A DNA stretch of 64,000 nucleotides, from IMG/VR virus record IMGVR_UViG_3300025018_000093, one strand, 5' to 3'. Shown here piece by piece: positions 25,500 to 35,269 of the stretch. This stretch comes from a virus (taxonomy: Duplodnaviria; Caudoviricetes). The translations under genes and the position numbers were made by a program. The notes beneath the pieces were generated by a model that was not told the DNA's origin, made no database searches, and saw nothing but the letters and a program-made list of their open reading frames with translations. Within the stretch, counting starts at the first letter, position 1. Every line of letters starts with the position of its first letter.

Positions 25500-27882
25500 C
25501 GTAGCGGCCAAACTGCGCTCGAAAAAGTGGTCGCACCCGGAGACGGGGAACCAGGTTGAGTTTTCTTCGCTGCCCTCTGAGGAGCAGGAGAGGTTGCGTG
25601 CGCAGGCTATGGCCGCTGCCGAGAAAGAGGAAGCCAAGGGTGGTGAGGGGACTGCCGAGAAAGAGGAAGCCAAGGGTGGTGAGGGGGCTCCCGCGTCGGA
25701 GTCGCCCAATAGTCAATCTCCTGAGGACTTGGAACAGGAGATGTCAGAGCAGAAGGTTCAGCATGTTGTCGAGCTGTCCGAGAATGATCGAAAGCTCTAT
25801 GACAGGATGCTCCAGGAACCCGCTGCGAAGGGGAGTGTGAAGGAACGCCTCTTGGGGAGCTTGAAGCGTCTACAGAACTTGCTCCCTGATGAGGTGATGA
25901 AGCCCATCCAGAAGTATATGCTCCAAAGAGAGCTTCGAAAGTCGGATGCGGATGCTGCCAAGGAGCAGGAGGCGCAGCAGGAGGCTGTGGAGAAGGCTCT
26001 CCAGGCATGGGAGGGTCGTTTCCAGGAGGGTATGGCGGGGGCTCTGGAAGAGGAGGGTGTGAACGCATCTGAGATGACCATTGAGGATATCAAGGGGAAG
26101 TTCGAGGATGCGAAGCTTCGTCAAGAGTTTGCAGATGCCTTCATTGATGATGCGCCCCCAGAAGTGAAGAAGCTGGGTCCACCCTCATTCCTTAAGTTCA
26201 TGCTCACGCACATCCTGGAGAGTATGTTCGAGTGGGCTGGTGCGCCGGAAGGCCATGAGTCTGCAATGGACAAGATGAAGCGCTATGAGGATTACAGCCA
26301 TGAGTTTGACAAGAGTAAGACCTTGGCTATGGAGTCTGAGCAAGAGCTGAAGCTGGCAGAGAAGGATCTGAATGCGCTAGGGAAGCGTCCTACTGTGGGC
26401 AAAGAGCCGCCCGATCCCGGAAGAGAACCCCAGAGAGGAACCCCTGAATGGGATGCTTGGGCAAAGGCAAGTGATACGCTGAAATCTTGGGAGAAGAGTG
26501 TAAAGAAGCAGGAAGACTGGGACGCTAAGAAGGATGTGGTCATTGAGAAGAAGAAGGCTCTCAATGATGCCATGCGTGGTTTGCTGGACATGACTGAGGA
26601 CCAGCAGTTGGGTCCTGGGGACAAGTTGGAAGAGCGGAAACGAGAACGTGAGCAGCAGGAGAAAGAGAAGCCCATCGCGAAGAAAGAGAGAGAACTTCCC
26701 TTCAAGAGTGTCTCGGAGCTTATCCAAAGTCTGGAGCAGGCCCAGGAGGAACTAAGGGAGGAGGCTGAGCAGGAGTCCTCCGATGATCTACCGGATGACG
26801 TGTTTGCGGATGATGATACGGATGTGGAAGAACCCGAGGTGACTTCCAAGACGCCCAAGGCCCCCAAGACGCCTAAGGCCCCCAAGACGCCTAAGGCCCC
26901 CAAGACCCCCGAAGAGACCCCCGAAGAGACCCCCGAAGGAGAGGAAGCGGAAGAGGCTGCCGAGATGGCAGATCCAGGGACGACTTCGGAGAGAAAGAAA
27001 GAACTGGCAAAACGGAAACGCGAGCGAGATCGTGCAAAGTACGTGGCCAAGAAGTATGACCTGGATCAGGGTGCAGTGGAAGCTATGCGCGTGTTCAAAC
27101 GACAGCTCTCTGAGATGGAGACGGAAGAGAAGCCTCCAGCGGCATCCAAGTCCAAGCCCAAGTCCAAGTACCCGGAGAAGTCCAAGTCCCCGGAGAAGTC
27201 CCCTGCCAAGCAGAAGGTGAAACCCCCGCAAACAGATGCACAGAAGATGCAGGAGTTCATGCGTAATGCCGATCCCGACATGAAGAAGCGCATGAAGGAC
27301 ATGACACCCAAGGAGTTCATGGCAATGTTGGCAGTCATCTCTGAAGAGGAAGAAGGGAACAAGCCCGAGACGTTGCGATTCGCCCGGTATCTCCAGGGTG
27401 ATTGGATACGGTGGGCTGAGGATTCTGGGGACGCGAATGGAATGTCGGAGTTCTTTGCGGGAATCCAGGAGGGGCTCAAGGAGCCCTCGGATGAGGTCCT
27501 TGCTTCGACGTTGAAAGCAATGGCGGATGACGCAGAGAAGAGCCAGAAGAAGGCTAGTCGAGAGCTGGAGCGGCGCTGGTTCCGTCTGGGAGCAACAGCC
27601 GAGGGGTACTTCTTTGATAACCCCGAAAAGCGAGAAGTGCGTGAGTTTGCAGAGTCTCACGCAATGGGCAACAGCACGCGCAGAGAGCGTGCTGAGGGGG
27701 CTCCTCCAACGGTAGAAGAAATTGATCATGCTCCCGGTGGCGAAGCTGTTTCCACACTCAATCGCTACCTCATTCAGACAGAAGAGCCTGTCCCTACAAG
27801 TGTTCCGCAGGATCGTGATGATCTTCCCAAGCACCCTAAAATGGCTGCTCGCCAGAGACTGACACGAGGGAGAATCCGATGA
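25471..27882 (+). CDS. large charged low-complexity protein (probable internal head protein)
   Basis: About 800 aa, E/K/D-rich, internal tandem repeats; start uncertain (25456 GTG or 25471 ATG). Confidence 0.65.
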   Translation: MRRKIRSLIDVAAKLRSKKWSHPETGNQVEFSSLPSEEQERLRAQAMAAAEKEEAKGGEGTAEKEEAKGGEGAPASESPNSQSPEDLEQEMSEQKVQHVVELSENDRKLYDRMLQEPAAKGSVKERLLGSLKRLQNLLPDEVMKPIQKYMLQRELRKSDADAAKEQEAQQEAVEKALQAWEGRFQEGMAGALEEEGVNASEMTIEDIKGKFEDAKLRQEFADAFIDDAPPEVKKLGPPSFLKFMLTHILESMFEWAGAPEGHESAMDKMKRYEDYSHEFDKSKTLAMESEQELKLAEKDLNALGKRPTVGKEPPDPGREPQRGTPEWDAWAKASDTLKSWEKSVKKQEDWDAKKDVVIEKKKALNDAMRGLLDMTEDQQLGPGDKLEERKREREQQEKEKPIAKKERELPFKSVSELIQSLEQAQEELREEAEQESSDDLPDDVFADDDTDVEEPEVTSKTPKAPKTPKAPKTPKAPKTPEETPEETPEGEEAEEAAEMADPGTTSERKKELAKRKRERDRAKYVAKKYDLDQGAVEAMRVFKRQLSEMETEEKPPAASKSKPKSKYPEKSKSPEKSPAKQKVKPPQTDAQKMQEFMRNADPDMKKRMKDMTPKEFMAMLAVISEEEEGNKPETLRFARYLQGDWIRWAEDSGDANGMSEFFAGIQEGLKEPSDEVLASTLKAMADDAEKSQKKASRELERRWFRLGATAEGYFFDNPEKREVREFAESHAMGNSTRRERAEGAPPTVEEIDHAPGGEAVSTLNRYLIQTEEPVPTSVPQDRDDLPKHPKMAARQRLTRGRIR
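25616..25686 (+). repeat. 36-bp-period tandem duplication (AEKEEAKGGEG x2)
   Basis: CTGCCGAGAAAGAGGAAGCCAAGGGTGGTGAGGGG at 25616 and 25652. Confidence 0.9.
26848..26938 (+). repeat. coding tandem repeats KTPKAP x3 then 12-bp TPEE units
   Basis: AAGACGCCYAAGGCCCCC x3 followed by ACCCCCGAAGAG units. Confidence 0.9.
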
Positions 27883-28706
27883 GCCACAGGTACTACACAA
27901 CCCCACCTTTCACGGTACTGGTGGCGCATCCCCGTCGAAAAGCGTTTCGCAACCAGATTGTGCGTGACAATTCAGGACAGGCCCAGGTATCCCTCCTGAC
28001 TGGAGATCCCACTGCCTCCTCGGGTAGCATCACAGTCTTGGACGCAGGGTTTCTGGTGACAGCGCTTCCCGCAAGGGGAGGGCTCACGCTAACCCCACCT
28101 CTGACAGTAGGGGTTGTCGTCACTATCAATGGCAATACTCTCACTGGGGTTGCAGGGGCAAGAACACCGGGGGCCAATAACTTTCAAGTTACAGCTTCGG
28201 ATGTGGCGGCGGAGATTGTCGCTGCTATCAATGATGCTGCTAATGCCTTTAAGACAGACGTGGTTGCATGCCGTACGGGTAACTTCGTTGGCTTGACCGC
28301 TGTTACAGCGGGAGCTGCTGGGAATAGCCTTACGCTTGCGACTAGCGACCCGACGGAGGTTAGTCTGTCTGGCGACACACTCCTGGGTGGTGGACAGTCC
28401 GCTGGACAGTCTGTTTTTCGTCTTGGTCCCTACACTTTGGTCACAGGACTGCACTGGTCTCCCGTGGTGGGAAATATCAACAGCTCCGCCACGGCTCTGG
28501 CAGCGGCGATCAATCGACTTCAGTGTTACAGTGCTACGGCTGCGGGTCCCGTGGTCAATATCGTGGGTCCCCCTGGGGTACAGGATGCGGAAGGTTTGGT
28601 CTTCTCCGTCAGCTATGACGGAGTGGTTGAGAACTTTGCCGTGAGTCCCACCAATGGATTCCTAGGTGGGGGAGCACCCAACATGGGTCCACCTGAGATA
28701 CTCTGA
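27879..28706 (+). CDS. putative virion structural protein
   Basis: G/A/T/V-rich; shares an approximately 95-aa module with the 57593 protein. Confidence 0.65.
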   Translation: MSHRYYTTPPFTVLVAHPRRKAFRNQIVRDNSGQAQVSLLTGDPTASSGSITVLDAGFLVTALPARGGLTLTPPLTVGVVVTINGNTLTGVAGARTPGANNFQVTASDVAAEIVAAINDAANAFKTDVVACRTGNFVGLTAVTAGAAGNSLTLATSDPTEVSLSGDTLLGGGQSAGQSVFRLGPYTLVTGLHWSPVVGNINSSATALAAAINRLQCYSATAAGPVVNIVGPPGVQDAEGLVFSVSYDGVVENFAVSPTNGFLGGGAPNMGPPEIL

Positions 28707-28718
28707 TGAGGTGTTGCC

Positions 28719-29459
28719 ATGACGAAGTTGAAGGGAAAGACTCAGAAACTGAGTAACTATGTTGTTCCAGATGCCCCACAGTCCCCCAGGGATAAGGAAC
28801 TCATCCTTGCGGAGCTACCCCGTAACACAAGGGTGTACGTCAAAGAAGAGGGTGGGAAGCTCAAGTACAAGGAGTTGTCGCAGGTTCGCGACTCCGACAC
28901 GCTTATCTACAAGAAGAACGGGGATCCCGTGCTTATGCGGGGTCGCCCAGGTCGCCTGTCGGAGGACCGGACCAAACTCGAAGTTGCTAACAGTGAAGTA
29001 GCTGAAATCAACCGACAGAGGGATGACTATCTTGCGCAAGACAGTCTGGTTCAGGCAGCAAGGATCAACTCGGATGGTCCGGATGTACTGACAGAAACGA
29101 TCATTCGATTGACGGAGGTAGCCTCCACAATCTCGTTTGAGCGTCAGGAGGCACATCGAACAGGAACCCCAACAAGCATCATTGCACGCCGAGAGGTAGC
29201 TGCTCTGGTGGCTGTTCGAGATGCTTCCCTCAAGCGTATCGACCAGCGCTTGCGCAAGCAGGAGATTGACCTGGAAAGTTTGGCTTTCCGCAATCTCTTT
29301 GTCTACATGGTCAGGACATTCACTGAGGCAATGGATGCCACTGGAATACCAGCAACGGAGATAGACTCCGTTGTATCCTACCTCTCGAAGGAAGTGGACA
29401 CGGAAGAGTGGAAAAACTCGGCTCTCAAGTCGATGGTAGGCCCCTCTTCGGTTCATTGA
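28719..29459 (+). CDS. hypothetical protein, candidate terminase small subunit
   Basis: Helical 246-aa protein directly upstream of terL; assignment is positional only. Confidence 0.4.
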   Translation: MTKLKGKTQKLSNYVVPDAPQSPRDKELILAELPRNTRVYVKEEGGKLKYKELSQVRDSDTLIYKKNGDPVLMRGRPGRLSEDRTKLEVANSEVAEINRQRDDYLAQDSLVQAARINSDGPDVLTETIIRLTEVASTISFERQEAHRTGTPTSIIARREVAALVAVRDASLKRIDQRLRKQEIDLESLAFRNLFVYMVRTFTEAMDATGIPATEIDSVVSYLSKEVDTEEWKNSALKSMVGPSSVH

Positions 29460-29467
29460 GATGATGT

Positions 29468-32400
29468 ATGACGGGAGCCAAAGGAAGTCTAGGCGAATTG
29501 GCCCTTGGAGTGTCTCGCTCCAGGTCTGCCGTACGCGAAAGCGTCTCCGGTCAGGATGACTGTCCCAGTATTATTGACTTCATCGAAGCCCCCTGGGGCC
29601 TTGCCCAGAGGATGTTTCCAGTCCAGAAGGTCATTCTCAAAGCCTACTATGGCTTGGCTCTGGATACGAAGAAACGCAACGTTCGGATCACTGACTGGAA
29701 GCATCAGAACGAGCGCATTCTCACGGAAGCCGAGTACCTTGAGTGGCTTTACGAGCAGGGACGAAGCAATATCCGGGAAGTGGTCGCGGGGGACCGCCGT
29801 CGTGATCTAGTCCTGGCCATCGGACGTCGTTCTGGGAAATGTGTTTTGGGGGGCACCTTGGTCTTGACCAACCAAGGGCTACTCAAGATCCGTGACTTGC
29901 TTCCAGATCCGAATCTGCCCGAAAACCAGTCCGCGCCTTTGCGTGTGCAGGTGGCGCAGGAAGGAAGTCGTCGAGCGGACACCAGTCATTTCTACAATGG
30001 GGGTGTCAAGACAGTCCGTGAGTTGACGACACGGTGTGGGTACCAGCTTGGGGGGACGGACAATCATCGTATCAAGGTGCTGTATCCAGACGGTGCGGTG
30101 CGTTGGAAGTATCTGGCAGACTTGCGTGAGGGAGATATTGTGGCGGTCCATCGGGGGACAAACCTGTGGGCCGTAGATCCTGTAGATTGCCGTTCACACC
30201 ACGTGGCCTCTGGGCAGAAAGAGGTGCGTCTACCCGAGATCCTGGATGAACGCTGGGGCCTCTTGTTGGGGTGTCTTGTCGGAGACGGACATTGGACTAA
30301 GAGGTCCAGTGTTGCGATGACGATGGAAGATCCCGAGATGTGGGATCAGATGCAGGAGCTGTTCTCCGAGTTGCTCGGGCACAGCTCGACATACATGGAC
30401 AAGCGAACTGCAAACACAGGAGACCTCCAGTTTCATAGTGTTGCGGTTCGGGAGTTTCTGCACCGTCTTGGGTGGCGTTGGGATCTGGAGAGAGACCAGA
30501 AAGAGATACCCTGGTCGATTCTGCAATCTCCGAGGTCTGTTGTTGCTGCCTTCCTTCGCGGGTTGTTCGAGACGGATGGTTGCGCAGAGAGCCAGGGGCA
30601 AAGTGTTACTTTCTCTTCTGCTTCTGAGGTTCTAGCACGGCAGGTGCAGACCGTGCTGCTTAACTTCGGCATTGTCAGCTTTGTGTTCCCGAAGCCCGTG
30701 CATGACAAGACGTACTGGATTTTGCGGGTGCGTGGCACGAACTCCCGTCGCATATTTGCGCAGGAGATTGGGTTCCTGACTGATCGAAAGATGTGTCCGC
30801 TACTCGAATCTTTCAGGGAGGATCCTCGGGAGGGTGGGGACACCGAGGCAATCCCCTATCAGCAGGTTCTAGCGCGGCAACTTCTCGAATCGGTGCCCAA
30901 GAACGTTTCTGGTAAGGGATGGACGAGGTCTGCATTGCGTGCTGCTCTGGGGAATGTAATCAAGCCTTCTTCGGGTGAGCCGTTGACATACCCCAGGCTC
31001 CGAAAAGTCATCCAGATCGCTCGGGATGTAGAGGCACAAGACAGTGAGACTCTTGCCCACTTTCAGGGAGTTCTGGACACCAACTACTTCTTTGATCCCG
31101 TAGTCTCCATCACAGAGCGAGAGGAACAGGTATGGGATCTGACAGTCCCCAATGGCCATGCCTTTGTGGCCAACGGGATGGTCAATCACAACACCGAGAT
31201 GGCAGCCTGGATCACGTCTTACGAAATCTACAAGCTTCTGCGCAAGCCTAATCCCCAGGGGTACTACGGCATTCCTCCTGGAGACGAGATCAAGCTGTGT
31301 GCTGTGGCTACGGGTAGAGATCAGGCTGGGGAGCTATACGCCAAGGCGAAGCACTACTTCCTAGACTGCACCTTGTTCGACCCCTATCGGGCGAATATGA
31401 CGACCACCTACAGTCGTTTTCAGACCCAGCACGACATTGAAAGTTATGGGAGATACGGGGAGCACGACGTCACGCAGGCGACGATCAAAGCCACGTTCTA
31501 CTCCTGTATCGCAAAGGGTCTTCGTGGTGCTGGAAATATCGTGGTGGTGTTGGATGAGATTGCTCACTTTGTGACGAGTGGGCAGAGTTCAGGAAAGGAA
31601 GTCTATAAGGCGGTCACGCCTTCTATTGCTGCCTTCAGCCCTAAGGACCCGGACAAGTCCGTTTCGGCGGCACCCAGCCGAACAGATGGGCGAGTCATCC
31701 TGATTAGCTCCCCTCTGGGGAGAGATGGGTTCTTTTACCAGAAGTTTCGACAAGGGTTCGAACGTTCTGAGTCGATGCTGTGCATTCAGGCTCCAACGTG
31801 GGAGGTCAACCCTTCCATCTCGGCAGAGGACCTGGAAGGGTTCTACCTGGATGATCCCACAGATTTCTTCACGGAGTTCGGGGCAGAGTTCTCGGACCGT
31901 ACCCGAGGGTGGATTGAGCGCCGTGAGGATCTGGTGCATTGTATCGATCCAAAGTTGTCGCGACTCTTGAAAGCTCCGGCCCGGCAGCCGCACTTCATGG
32001 GGATCGACGTTGGTGTTACCAAAGGGGGCGACGGAACAGCTGTCGCCATTGGACACATTGACAAGAAACAGCAGATTGTCCTGGACTACATTGAGTGGAT
32101 ACGTGCTGGCGAGGGCAAGTACGCGCACCTGGAACGGCTGGACTTCGAGGATATTGCGGATTGGATTGTTTCCCTGGGGAAGAAGTTCCACATCACAGAG
32201 GGTATTATGGACCGCTGGGCGGGACTCCCAATGGAGCAGTACCTTCAGAAGAAGGGTATGCGTCAGATTGTCTCCCAGCTATTTACTCCGAAGGATACCA
32301 CGTTCATGTACAAGACCTTCAAGGACATGATGTGGGATGGTCGGCTTCGGTTGTACAACTGGCGACCCAACCCCACCGGGTCCTCAGGGGTGCTCCTGGG

Positions 32401-32764
32401 CAGTGCTGAGGAGGGCACTCTCTGTGATTACCTGGAAGAGCTGCTTAGTCTCCAGGAAGAGAAAATCAGCCGCCACGTCTCAAGTATTGAGGCACCCAAG
32501 TCTGGGGACAAGCATGACGACCGTTCGGATGCCCTGATTCGCATGGTATGGTTAGCAAGCCAGAAGCTCGGCAACCCCAAGTTTATTGCCGGGGGTGCCG
32601 GGGGTGCCTCTGCGTACGCCCGAGCAACGGGATATGGTAACCGTCCACAAACCCAGCTGGGCTTCTTACGCCGTGCCCGCTTGGGTGGAAGCCACCCAAG
32701 TCGACAGATCATCTCTCGGCTCACCGGAAATCCGGGTGGATTTCCGGGAGGAGGGAGGATGTGA
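29468..32764 (+). CDS. terL: terminase large subunit with intein
   Basis: Walker A GRRSGK|T split by the intein, Walker B VVVLDEIAHF, LISSP coupling motif, nuclease GIDVG...DDRSDA. Confidence 0.93.
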   Translation: MTGAKGSLGELALGVSRSRSAVRESVSGQDDCPSIIDFIEAPWGLAQRMFPVQKVILKAYYGLALDTKKRNVRITDWKHQNERILTEAEYLEWLYEQGRSNIREVVAGDRRRDLVLAIGRRSGKCVLGGTLVLTNQGLLKIRDLLPDPNLPENQSAPLRVQVAQEGSRRADTSHFYNGGVKTVRELTTRCGYQLGGTDNHRIKVLYPDGAVRWKYLADLREGDIVAVHRGTNLWAVDPVDCRSHHVASGQKEVRLPEILDERWGLLLGCLVGDGHWTKRSSVAMTMEDPEMWDQMQELFSELLGHSSTYMDKRTANTGDLQFHSVAVREFLHRLGWRWDLERDQKEIPWSILQSPRSVVAAFLRGLFETDGCAESQGQSVTFSSASEVLARQVQTVLLNFGIVSFVFPKPVHDKTYWILRVRGTNSRRIFAQEIGFLTDRKMCPLLESFREDPREGGDTEAIPYQQVLARQLLESVPKNVSGKGWTRSALRAALGNVIKPSSGEPLTYPRLRKVIQIARDVEAQDSETLAHFQGVLDTNYFFDPVVSITEREEQVWDLTVPNGHAFVANGMVNHNTEMAAWITSYEIYKLLRKPNPQGYYGIPPGDEIKLCAVATGRDQAGELYAKAKHYFLDCTLFDPYRANMTTTYSRFQTQHDIESYGRYGEHDVTQATIKATFYSCIAKGLRGAGNIVVVLDEIAHFVTSGQSSGKEVYKAVTPSIAAFSPKDPDKSVSAAPSRTDGRVILISSPLGRDGFFYQKFRQGFERSESMLCIQAPTWEVNPSISAEDLEGFYLDDPTDFFTEFGAEFSDRTRGWIERREDLVHCIDPKLSRLLKAPARQPHFMGIDVGVTKGGDGTAVAIGHIDKKQQIVLDYIEWIRAGEGKYAHLERLDFEDIADWIVSLGKKFHITEGIMDRWAGLPMEQYLQKKGMRQIVSQLFTPKDTTFMYKTFKDMMWDGRLRLYNWRPNPTGSSGVLLGSAEEGTLCDYLEELLSLQEEKISRHVSSIEAPKSGDKHDDRSDALIRMVWLASQKLGNPKFIAGGAGGASAYARATGYGNRPQTQLGFLRRARLGGSHPSRQIISRLTGNPGGFPGGGRM
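29840..31192 (+). mobile_element. intein with LAGLIDADG endonuclease (451 aa) in the TerL Walker A motif
   Basis: Starts CVLGGT; GTDNHR block B; LLGCLVGDG and LRGLFETDG; ends VNHN followed by +1 Thr. Confidence 0.93.
32677..32693 (+). repeat. 17-bp direct repeat, copy 1 (copy 2 at 33420-33436)
   Basis: CCGCTTGGGTGGAAGCC occurs at both positions. Confidence 0.85.
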
Positions 32765-33459
32765 TGCCAAAGCGACTTCCAAATGCTTCTGCCCAACTAG
32801 GTGCACACGTTCAGATCAAGGTGTCGCAGGCTGCCTCCGCGCTGAGCGAGATCCTGAGCATCATGGTGGAGCATGAGGGAAAGGTACGAAAAGCAAGAGG
32901 GGAGGCACGCCAGGACTTCTTGCGGGGTGTGCTCCGCATCCTGTCTCAGATTCACGTCTCTTCCACAGTTGTTGAAGATCAGGACTTGGGCCTTCGTACC
33001 CTCGGCAGTTTGGAACAAGAGTTGGAGTCTTTGGGTGCTGCAACGGGAGTCGGTATTCAAGAGATACTCTTGCACTCCCAGGGGGACTTGGAGGACACAC
33101 GAGAACGGATAACTCGACTGGAAGCTGTGCATGTGACTCTGGAGCGTGCTTTGACAATCCTTCAGGCTCCCGCGCAGAGACCTTCCAGTAGAGCAGGGCG
33201 CCTTCAGTTTGATCTTGATGCACGCCTCTCTTCTCTGCAGGGTAGGGTGGGGGATATGTTACGGTTGCTGGAAAGCACAAGGGATGCAGAGAGTTTGCGT
33301 TTTTCCTCTTTACGTCCACAAGTAGAGAAGGCTTTGGGGATGCTACACAGCGCTGGGGTTCTGCCCCGGAAGAGTTCCCGAAACTGGTGGCAGAACGAAC
33401 GTGAGATTCCCACCCGTAACCGCTTGGGTGGAAGCCGCTTGGTTGGGGCAAGTAAGTGA
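32764..33459 (+). CDS. hypothetical helical protein between terL and portal
   Basis: TGATG overlap with terL; L/E/R-rich heptads. Confidence 0.55.
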   Translation: MPKRLPNASAQLGAHVQIKVSQAASALSEILSIMVEHEGKVRKARGEARQDFLRGVLRILSQIHVSSTVVEDQDLGLRTLGSLEQELESLGAATGVGIQEILLHSQGDLEDTRERITRLEAVHVTLERALTILQAPAQRPSSRAGRLQFDLDARLSSLQGRVGDMLRLLESTRDAESLRFSSLRPQVEKALGMLHSAGVLPRKSSRNWWQNEREIPTRNRLGGSRLVGASK

Positions 33460-35237
33460 CAGACGTAACACAAGTTCAAGACGGTACCGTTGTTGCTCGT
33501 GTCCCTCGGCGCCCAGGGGTGCAGGTTGGAAAGCCCCGTCGTGTGGTGACCTCTGCTATGCGGTCGAAGTACGGCTTCGGGTGCAGTACGGGTGGCGGTG
33601 GCGGTAGCGGTGGTGGCTTCTTTTCTGGTGGGGGGTTTGGGAACATCGGGGGGACTACCTCTGGCTCTGGGGGTAACTTCTACAGCCCAGAGATGTCCAC
33701 GGACTTCTTGGAGATTGCCCAAAGTCTTGACGAGATGCGTCAATACTTTAGGTTCTTCTACGATAACGATGCCTTTGTCGGGCAAGCGTTGGACGTCCAC
33801 ACTGAGATCCCTCTCTCGAAGATTCGCCTAGGACTCCCCAAGGCCAAGAATGCAGAACTCTCGCAACGTGCCAAACGTTTCTGCGATAAGTGGCAGAAGC
33901 GCGTGCGGGGTGGTGGCGCCAGTGGTCTCCCTGGACTCATGTCTCGGCTTCTCGAAATCGTGCATGAGTACCATAAGATCGGAGAGGTGTTTATTTGGGT
34001 GGAGGACCCCTCCCCGGATGAACCTGAGGACTTGCGGTTTGAGATCCGCAGAACAGTCGGCAAGGATGGCAAAACCAGTGAGGAGAAGGTTGAGCGAGCC
34101 GATGCGGATGAGCGCCATCTGAAGTGGTTGCGGAAGAATTACAAGGGGTGGACGAAGATCGATATCTTCCCCCCGGAACAGATTCAGGTGGAGACGTTCC
34201 CCTTCTCGGATGAGGTTCTGATTCAGCTGGTCATCGACTCTAAGTCAAAGAGTATCGTTAACCAGGCGCAGACAGGGGACGAGGAAGCTATCCGCATTGT
34301 GGAGGGGATGCCCCCTGAAATTGTGGAGGCGATCCTCAATGGAGAGAGCAAGGTCACACTGAACACGGACCCCGAGAGGGGGAGTTTCGTAGCGTACCTG
34401 GCGCGCAAGAGAAGCCCCTACGAGAAACGTGGACGGTCCATACTTCAACGCTGCCTCCGCACACTGGTGTACCGGGACAAGCTACGCCAGGCTCAGACCA
34501 GTATCGCATCCCGCAATATGACGCCCACGCGAGTTGTCTGGGCAGAGGGAATGGATACGGGAGACATTGAAGCTCTGCGAGAGCAGATCGATATGTCTCT
34601 GATGGACCCAGACTACTCCATCATTGCGAACTATGAGTTGCATTGGGAGGAAATGTCTTCGAATGGGCGTCTTCTGGACTTGACGAGTGAGTACGATCTC
34701 ACGGACAGACAGCTCTATGCGGGTCTCGGTGTCACGGAAGGGCTTCTCTCTGGGGAAACCAGTTACAGTGGGGATAGAATCCACCTGGAGGTGATCAACA
34801 CCCGGTACATGCTTCTTCGGGAGATTGTTTCCACCTTCGTGGAGGAGATGCTTCTGAAGCCCATGTGCTCCCGTATGGGCTTCGTAGAGGAAGACGAAGA
34901 TGGTGACGAGGAGATCATCTCTCCTACGATCAGCTTCACTCGTTTGGGTTTGCGAGACAACGATTCCACCTTCGACCAGCTGTTCAATCTGTACCAGAAG
35001 GGCAGCCTCGATATTTGGACTATCTTCGAGCTGTTGAATGTGGACTCCCAGGTGGTCGAGGAACGCCTCTTCTCCTCTATTGGGAAAATCACAGACCCGA
35101 ACTTCAATGAGGTTCTTCGCGGCATGTACAGCAGGATTGGAGACGACTTGGCGGAGAAGTCGGATGCGTCGGAGCGTATTGCTGCCTACCTGGGCTATTC
35201 GTACACGAAAGCGGAAGAGGAAGGCGGGCGTTTCTGA
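33456..35237 (+). CDS. portal protein
   Basis: 593 aa after terL; FRFFYDNDAFVGQALDVHTEIPLS and RGRSILQRCLRTL, helical body; Gly-rich N-terminal insert. Confidence 0.75.
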   Translation: MTDVTQVQDGTVVARVPRRPGVQVGKPRRVVTSAMRSKYGFGCSTGGGGGSGGGFFSGGGFGNIGGTTSGSGGNFYSPEMSTDFLEIAQSLDEMRQYFRFFYDNDAFVGQALDVHTEIPLSKIRLGLPKAKNAELSQRAKRFCDKWQKRVRGGGASGLPGLMSRLLEIVHEYHKIGEVFIWVEDPSPDEPEDLRFEIRRTVGKDGKTSEEKVERADADERHLKWLRKNYKGWTKIDIFPPEQIQVETFPFSDEVLIQLVIDSKSKSIVNQAQTGDEEAIRIVEGMPPEIVEAILNGESKVTLNTDPERGSFVAYLARKRSPYEKRGRSILQRCLRTLVYRDKLRQAQTSIASRNMTPTRVVWAEGMDTGDIEALREQIDMSLMDPDYSIIANYELHWEEMSSNGRLLDLTSEYDLTDRQLYAGLGVTEGLLSGETSYSGDRIHLEVINTRYMLLREIVSTFVEEMLLKPMCSRMGFVEEDEDGDEEIISPTISFTRLGLRDNDSTFDQLFNLYQKGSLDIWTIFELLNVDSQVVEERLFSSIGKITDPNFNEVLRGMYSRIGDDLAEKSDASERIAAYLGYSYTKAEEEGGRF

Positions 35238-35269
35238 GCGGGTCTGTCAGCGAAGAGCAGGGAGACAGA

